Assembly: GCA_014905635.1 (NCBI GenBank)
Contig: JABVCE010000022.1
Coordinates: forward strand, 124,001-188,000
Source of the DNA: Scenedesmus sp. PABB004
Taxonomy: Eukaryota
Direction: 5' to 3'
Length of the DNA: 64,000 nt
How positions within the stretch are numbered: the first letter of the stretch is position 1; the number at the start of each line of letters is the position of its first letter. The position numbers were made by a program, and so were the translations under genes. Of the stretch, positions 57,976 to 64,000 are shown piece by piece. The notes below the pieces were generated by a model that made no database searches, was not told the origin of the DNA, and worked only from the letters and a program-made list of their open reading frames with translations.

Positions 57976-59580
57976 CTAGCCCTGCAGGCCCTCCTTGACG
58001 ATATCGTAGGGGATGGCGGTGATGGTCTCCATGCTCACGTTCTCCAGCGTGAAGCCGTCGCGCGGGCCCTTGGGCAGGCGCTTGGTGCTCGGCGGCTTCT
58101 CTGCGCAACGACGCGCGCGACGCGGGCAGGGCGGGGCAGGGCGCGGCGGGCGGTCGCGCGGCGCTCAGCGGCCGGTGCGCTGCACGCGGCGGATGGGGCG
58201 CAGCGCTGCGCCGCTGCACGCTGCGCGCTGCTGCGCACCGCTTCGCGCCGTGCTGCGCCGCTGCGCGCCGCTGCGCGCCGTGCTGCGCCGCTGTGCGCCG
58301 CTGCCGCGCCACTCACCGCCCTTGACCTTGGCCTCGTGCTTGATGCGGTCGTTGGTCTCGCGGCGGCGCAGGAAGTCCTCGCGGCAGCGGCTCGGCTGCA
58401 CGTGCTCAATGCGCACGTGGAGGCGCTTCTTGATGATGCGGCCGTTGACCTGCGGCGCCGCGCCGCGGCGCGGGCGGCGACGGCAACGGACCGTGAGCGG
58501 GGCCGCGGCGCACGGGCGCGCGGGCCGGCGGCCGCTGGCGGCGCCGAGGGCCCCCGGCTGCCGCTGCCGCTGCCGCTGCGCCGGCTGCCGCTGCTGCTCC
58601 AGGCGCCGCCGCTGCTCCAGCCGCTGCTGGCGATGCTGCCCGGCGAGCGAGCAGCAGCATCTGCTGGGGGGTGCTGCCCATGGAGCAGCACCGCCGGCAG
58701 CGCCCGGGGCACCAGCGGCGCTGCAGCAGTGGCCCGGCATGGATCCTTCCATTCCTGCAGCGCCGCTGCTGCCCTGGGCGCTGCTGGCGGTGATGGCCGC
58801 GCGGCGCCATGCGCGAGCGAGCGCCGCTGCCGCTCCGGCCGCCGCCGGCGCGGCCGCTCCCGCCGCTGCGCCGGCGCCGGCGCTCCCGACCGCCGCCGGT
58901 GCGCTGCCGCTCCAGCGTCTGCCGCCGCCCGCGGCCCCGCCAGCACGACGGCGCGCCGGCCGCTCCGCCGCCGCCCACGGCCCCGCGCCGGCTGCCGCTG
59001 CGTGCGGCCCCGCGGCCGGCTACAGCGCAGCGCCGCGCGCGCGCGCCGCAGCGCACCGTCTTGTTGACCTCCACGCCGACCGCGCGCTTGGTGACGTTCC
59101 AGACCACGCCGGTCTTGCCGTGGTACCACTTGAACGCCATACCCTGCGCTCAGCGGGCGCCGCCGGGCCGCGCGGCGCGCGCGCGGTGAGCGCGCCGCCG
59201 CCGCCGCCGTCGCCGTCGCCGCTCGCGGCGCCGCCGCGCGCCAGCTCCGCGCCGCGCCGCGCCGGGGGGCCGCGCCGCGCCGCCATGCGCCGGGATCGCC
59301 GCGCGCGCGGGCCGGCGCGGCCGCGCGCCCGTCGCCGCCGGCCGCCGCGCGGCCGCCGCTGCTGCCGCGCCGCCGCGGCTGCGCCGCCGCGCCGCCGTCG
59401 CCGCGCCGGCGCCGCCGCGCTGCCCCGCACCTTCTGCTGCGCGGGGTTCATCTTGATGTCCACATAGTCGCCCAGCTTGTAGGTGCGCAGGTAGACGGTG
59501 AGGGGGATGAAGCCCTTCTGCCTGAAGCCGCGCGCGAACAGGTCGCGCGTGCGGTGGCGGAGACCCTGACCGCCCGGCAT
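57976..59580 (-). CDS. RPL21: 60S ribosomal protein eL21
   Basis: [85 protein letters not shown]|..[17 protein letters not shown]; three introns. Confidence 0.97.
58689..58792. repeat. 38-bp inverted repeat (hairpin) in RPL21 intron 2
   Basis: Arms 58689-58726 and 58755-58792 are reverse-complementary at 35/38 positions, with a 28-nt loop. Confidence 0.85.
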
Positions 59581-60246
59581 CTTGGCTGGCGCGTCTCTGC
59601 GGGGAGCGGCGGGCGCGCGCGGGCGGCGTGGGCGCGGGGCCGCCCCCCGCGAATGATGCCCACGCCGCCCCGCCGGCGGGGGCGCGGCGGCGCACCGGCT
59701 ACCCGCAAGCAGCGGCCCGACGAAGAGGGCGACCCCGGGGCGGCGCCGGGGGCATGAGCGGCGCGGGGCCGCCACAGCGGTGCTAAACCTCGCCCGGCCC
59801 AGGCCAAAGGCAACGGGCGCTGCCACCGTCGCTTGCTAGTCGCTCGGGAGCTCCGCGAATGCACGGCCCCGCGCGCGCGACGCGTGCGGCTGCCGCCGCC
59901 GCCGGCTGCTGCCGCCGCAGCCGGCTGCTGGCAGCGTCGCGGCCGCGCTGGCTCCTCGGGGTCGCGCTGCTGGCTGGAGCGGCTGCAGGTCAGGGCAGGC
60001 CCGTCGAGCCGCAGCAAGCGCTTGCGTCGGCAGGCCGCGCGCGGCGGTCGGCGGCCCGGCGCTCGACGCGGCCGCGCACGCGTGGGGGCTGCGCACGCAC
60101 ACGGCCACAGCAGCGCTGCCGGGCCAATACAATTGCCCGTGCGCGCCCGGCGGCCCCCGCGCTCTCGCGGGCAGCACAACTCTCGGTTCGGGTTGGGTTT
60201 GGGCGACGCCGCCGCGCGCAGCTGCCGTGTGCTGCTCCCGCGCTGC

Positions 60247-61511
60247 TCAGCTGTCGCGCTGCAGCTCGGACAGGATGCGCAGGAGGTGCAGGAAGAGGTT
60301 GATGATGTCCAGGTAGACCTGCCGGCGGCAGAGAGGCCAGCGGGCGGCGGCGGGCGCGCGTCAACCAGCCCGGCCTTGACCAGGCGCGGCCGAGCGCCGA
60401 GCAGCCCCGCCTCAACCAGCGGGGGCCGCGCGCCGAGCAGCCCAGCCTGGATAGAGCGCTCTCGGGGCGCCGCGCCGCGCCGCGCCGCCCGCGCGCCGCG
60501 CCGCGCCGCCCGCGCGCCGCGCCGAGGGCTGCCGCCGCCGGCGCACCGTGATGGCGCCGAGCACGTACTCGTCGGGCGACAGCCCGCCGCGCCGCCCCGG
60601 GCCGCCGGCGAGCTGCTGCACGTCGACAACGATGTAGGCAGCAAACAGGGCCGCGCCGAGCACCGCGAGCACGACCTGCCCGCCCGGCGCGGCGCCCGCG
60701 CCCGCGACCGCGCCGCCGAGCAGCAGCGCGAGCAGGCCCGCCGTGAGCAGGCCGCCGCGCGTGGAGAAGTCGCGGGGCGTGGAGAGCGCGTACGCTGCGA
60801 GGCCGCCCGTGATCGCCGCGGTCAGCCCCGCGGCGAGCAGGATGCAGGGCGCCGAGTACGCGCTCGCCGCCGCGCCGACGAGCACGCCCTCGGCGAGCGT
60901 GAAGCCGGCGGCGATGTAGAGGTTTGTGGGGTGGCTGTGCCGGGCCTCCTCGCTCAGCGAGAGCGTGAGCAGGAGGCCGAGACTCGCGAGCATCGCGAGC
61001 CCGAGCACCCACGCGCTGCCCAGCACAAACGCGCGCACGCCCGGCACCGCCACGATCGGCACCGCCACGAGCGCCGTGAGCAGCAGCTGCGCCGAGAGCA
61101 GGCCGAACACCTTGCTGCGCGCGGCGGCGGGCGGGCGCGGGGCGGCGCGTGAGCAGCGGGGGCGCGCGGCGCGGTCAACGGGTGCAGCAGCCGGCGCGTC
61201 AGCCTGCTGGGCCGCACGGGCGCCGCCGACGGCCTCCCCCGCTGGCAGGCAGGCGGTGCCGCGCTGCGCGGCAGGGGAGCTGCTCTGCTGCATGCGCCCC
61301 CCGCCCCGCCCGGCCTGGGCCCGCGCAGCGCCCTGCGGGCGGCCCGGGACGTCGGTGGTGCTGACGCACAGCCGCACGCGCACCGGATGAATCCCTGGCG
61401 CAGCGCAGCATCGGCCTCGTCGAGCGCGACCTCGTGCTTGCCGCCGCTGCCGCTCTCCAGGTCCGCCACCGGCGCGTAGGCCGCCGGGTAGGCCGCCGAG
61501 GGCCGCGCCAT
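60247..61511 (-). CDS. Bax inhibitor-1/Lifeguard (TMBIM) family protein
   Basis: DLESG, LRQGFIR|KVFGLLSAQLLLT, HPTNL..FTLAEG, DFS..GG.L, YIVVDVQ and LSPDEYVLGAIT|VYLDIINLFL. Confidence 0.93.
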
Positions 61512-61719
61512 GCTGCTTCGCCGCTGCTTCGCCGCCGCCGACCTGCGCTGCTGCTGTTGCCGGGCGGGTGCGGGCGTGGCGGGTGCGGGCGAGCGAGCGC
61601 ACGGGGTCTGCTGCACGAGCCGGCTGTGGGGGTGTCGTCGGGGGTTGGCGCGCGCGGCGCCGGGGGTTGTTGGGAAAAGCGACCGCAGCGCGTGGTTCGG
61701 CTGTGTGCCCCGCGTGACG

Positions 61720-63460
61720 TCACCGCGCGAGGCACGCGTCCAGGTGCGCGTTGAGCGCCGCGTTGCTGATGCCGCCCGGCGGCCAGGCCTGCACGCACAC
61801 AGGGCACGACACGGCGCCGGCGGGGCCGCCCCGCTCCTCTCGTGGGGCGTCGTGGTCCGAGGAGGAGAGCAGCTCGACCACGTCCACGCCGCCGCCGCCG
61901 CCGCCCGCCCCGCCGCCTGGCGGACGCCCCTGCTGCTGCTGCTGCTGCTGCTGCCGCTGCTGCTGCTGCTGCTGCTTCCGCGGCGCCCACGGCACGGGCC
62001 GCGCGGCGGCGCCGCCGCCGCCCAGCACGCGCCCCCGGCCCAGCGCGCCCCAGTATGCGCCAGGCGCCTGCTGCTCCTGCTCCTGCTCCTGCTGCTCCTC
62101 CCGCTGCTCCCCTCGCTGCTGCTGCCCGCGCTCGCGGTCGCCCGACTGCCCCTCGCCCTGCCGCTGCCGGTCCGGCTTAAAAAAGGTGGCGATGCTGGGC
62201 GTGCCGGGCGGCGCGGCGCGCCTGGCGCGCTTGCCGCCGCCCGCCCCCGCGCTGCCCCCGCTGCCCCCCGCACCGGCCGGCTTGTCCGGCTCGGCAATCT
62301 TCACCCACTCGCCGCCGCAGTGCCGCGCGTGCGCGTGGAAGCCGCAGCGCGCGTCGCCGCAGTACGCGCCGGGCGCGCCCGCGGCGACCGCGGCGGCGGC
62401 GCCCGCCTTGGTGTACGCCCTGCGCGGCGGCGCGCGCGGGGCGGCGCCCCCGCTCGGCGCGGGCCCGGCACGCACGCCAGCGTGCAGCGAGGAGCGAGTG
62501 CGCGCGCGCGTGCGCGCCTGCAGTCGGCCTCCTGCGGGCGCCGGTTGGTCGCGCGGCGCAGCTCGTCGCCGCAGCGCGCGCAGCGCCAGACGTGCGTGCG
62601 GTACGCGGCGACCTCGGCAAGCATGGTGTGGCACACGCTCACGTTGTAGCCGCCCGGCGGCCGCTGCGCCGGGGCGGGCCAGGGCGGCGCGGGCGCGGGC
62701 GCGCTCGCAGCGCGCGGCGGCGGCGCCGGCGGCGCGCGGCACCGCGGCGTGCAGCTCTGCGGCGTGTGGCTGCGCGGCGCGCGGCTCCGCGGCGCGCCTC
62801 GTGGTCGGGGCACGTCGCGGCGTTGATGGCGTGCATTGCCGCCTGGAAGCGCGGCCCGTGGTCGCCGTCGGCCGCGTGGTCGCCGGACAGGAAGAGGCGC
62901 GCGTGGATCATCTCATGCAGCAACGTGTCCTTCAGGTCGCGCAGCGGCCTGGCGGCGAGGGCGGCGCGGCGCACGGGCGGCGCGGGCGGCGTGGGCGGCG
63001 CGGGCGGCAGAGCGCGCCCCGCGGCCGCGGCGCGCGGTGGCGCACCGGAACTTGATCAGCGGCTCGGACAGCCGGATGCGGCACCCCGCGCCGGGCGCGA
63101 AGGAGCACTGCCCCGCGCAGCTGCGCGCGGCGGCGGGCGCGCGGCGCAGCGGTCGGCGCGGCGCTCGCGCGCGCGGGGCCTGGGGCCAAGCGCCGCCCTC
63201 GCGGCTGCGCGGCTGGGTGCGGCGCGGCGGACGTTGCCGCACAGCGTCATGCGGCGGCTCGACCACTCCACGCTGCAGGCGCCGAGCGCGCGGTTGAAGT
63301 AGACGGCGTCGTAGTGCTGGAACAGGGCGTGCAGCGAGAAGCCCTCCACCGCGTGCGCCTCGCTCTCCTCGCCCAGCCCCGGCTGCGTGCAGCGGCGCCA
63401 TGCGCATGGGCCCTCCTCGCCCTGCCCCGGCGGCGGCGCTGCGTGCGGCGGCGCCGCCAT
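61720..63460 (-). CDS. SprT-like DNA-dependent metalloprotease (Spartan/DVC1-like)
   Basis: LFQHYDAVYF..VEWSSRRMTLCAGQC, IRLSEPLIKFR, DTLLHEMIHA (HExxH), DHGPRF, HVWRC..C and HARHCGGEWVKI; PIP-like SIATFF, SIM-like VDVVEL and a C-terminal UBZ CPVC..NAHLDAC. Confidence 0.92.
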
Positions 63461-64000
63461 GCGGCGGTGGGCGGCCGTCGGTCGTGCGCAGAGGAGCGGC
63501 GATGTGGGGGCGGCGCTGTGGGGGCGATGTGGGGCCGGCGGGTGGCGCGGCCGGTGCAGGTGGCAGCTGGGCCGCGTCGTTTGCGTGTCGCGTGCGGTTG
63601 AGCGGAGCGCTCGATGCACCGGGGCGGCGTCCGGCCGCGCCTCCATTCTCTTCTGCTGCCACACCATCAACACCATCACCACCAGCCCGCCGGCCCTCGC
63701 ACACTGTGCCGGGCGCCGCAGCAGCAGACGCCGCGCAGCAGCGGCGGCAGCAGCAGCAGCCGCTGGCGTCCGCCCTGCTGGTCGCTTCGTCGCACACCGC
63801 TCCGTAGCGACCTCCGGACACGCCGGCCCCGTGCTCGCAGCGCTCACCGCGCGGGCAGCAGCAGATCGCTGGGCGAATGGCCGGGCCCGCGCGGGCGCTG
63901 GCGCGAGGTGGGCGGGCCCGCGCGTGGCCAACCGCGCGCCGCCGGCGCGCCCGCTCACGCGCCCCCGTTGCCGCGCACCAGGCCTGCTGGCCGTCGCCAC

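Noticed and set aside
63225..63245. Possible GC donor in SprT after MTLC
   Set aside because: A canonical CT|GTGCGG donor gives the correct phase (MTLCAGQC), so it was not counted as GC-AG.
1..64000. tRNA, rRNA, snRNA or transposase/RT genes
   Set aside because: No recognisable signatures by eye; a covariance-model or HMM search would be needed to exclude them fully.

Overview
This is eukaryotic nuclear DNA from an extremely GC-rich green alga. The evidence is a Chlamydomonas-type Lhca6, IFT43, a CPX2-like gene and TGTAA poly(A) signals; a chlorophycean such as Sphaeropleales is an inference. The window is gene-dense: about 23 intron-rich protein-coding genes, reconstructed by eye from exon translations, while most long ORFs in the track are GC-rich shadow frames. 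In order the genes are GH10 glycanase (partial), LHCA6, SF3A2, IFT43, PHYH-like dioxygenase, coproporphyrinogen III oxidase, STK16-like kinase, acyltransferase-3, complex I 20.9-kDa subunit, DUF1350, RCC1/RUG2-like, PPR-SMR-like, ankyrin-RING E3, CPSF2, PAQR, SNRNP40, NTF2/SnoaL-like protein, alpha/beta hydrolase, a ~2100-aa orphan EAAAR/EAAAK-repeat membrane protein, FAR-17a/AIG1, RPL21, BI-1/LFG and SprT/Spartan. No rRNA, tRNA, CRISPR or transposase was seen. The most notable signal is a genome-wide-looking splice code: at least 17 GC-AG introns among roughly 100, with donors reading G|GYGCGC. Other highlights are a 38-bp hairpin in an RPL21 intron, the giant repeat protein, and closely spaced tandem gene pairs that could be bicistronic. 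Gene boundaries and exon structures are manual and approximate.
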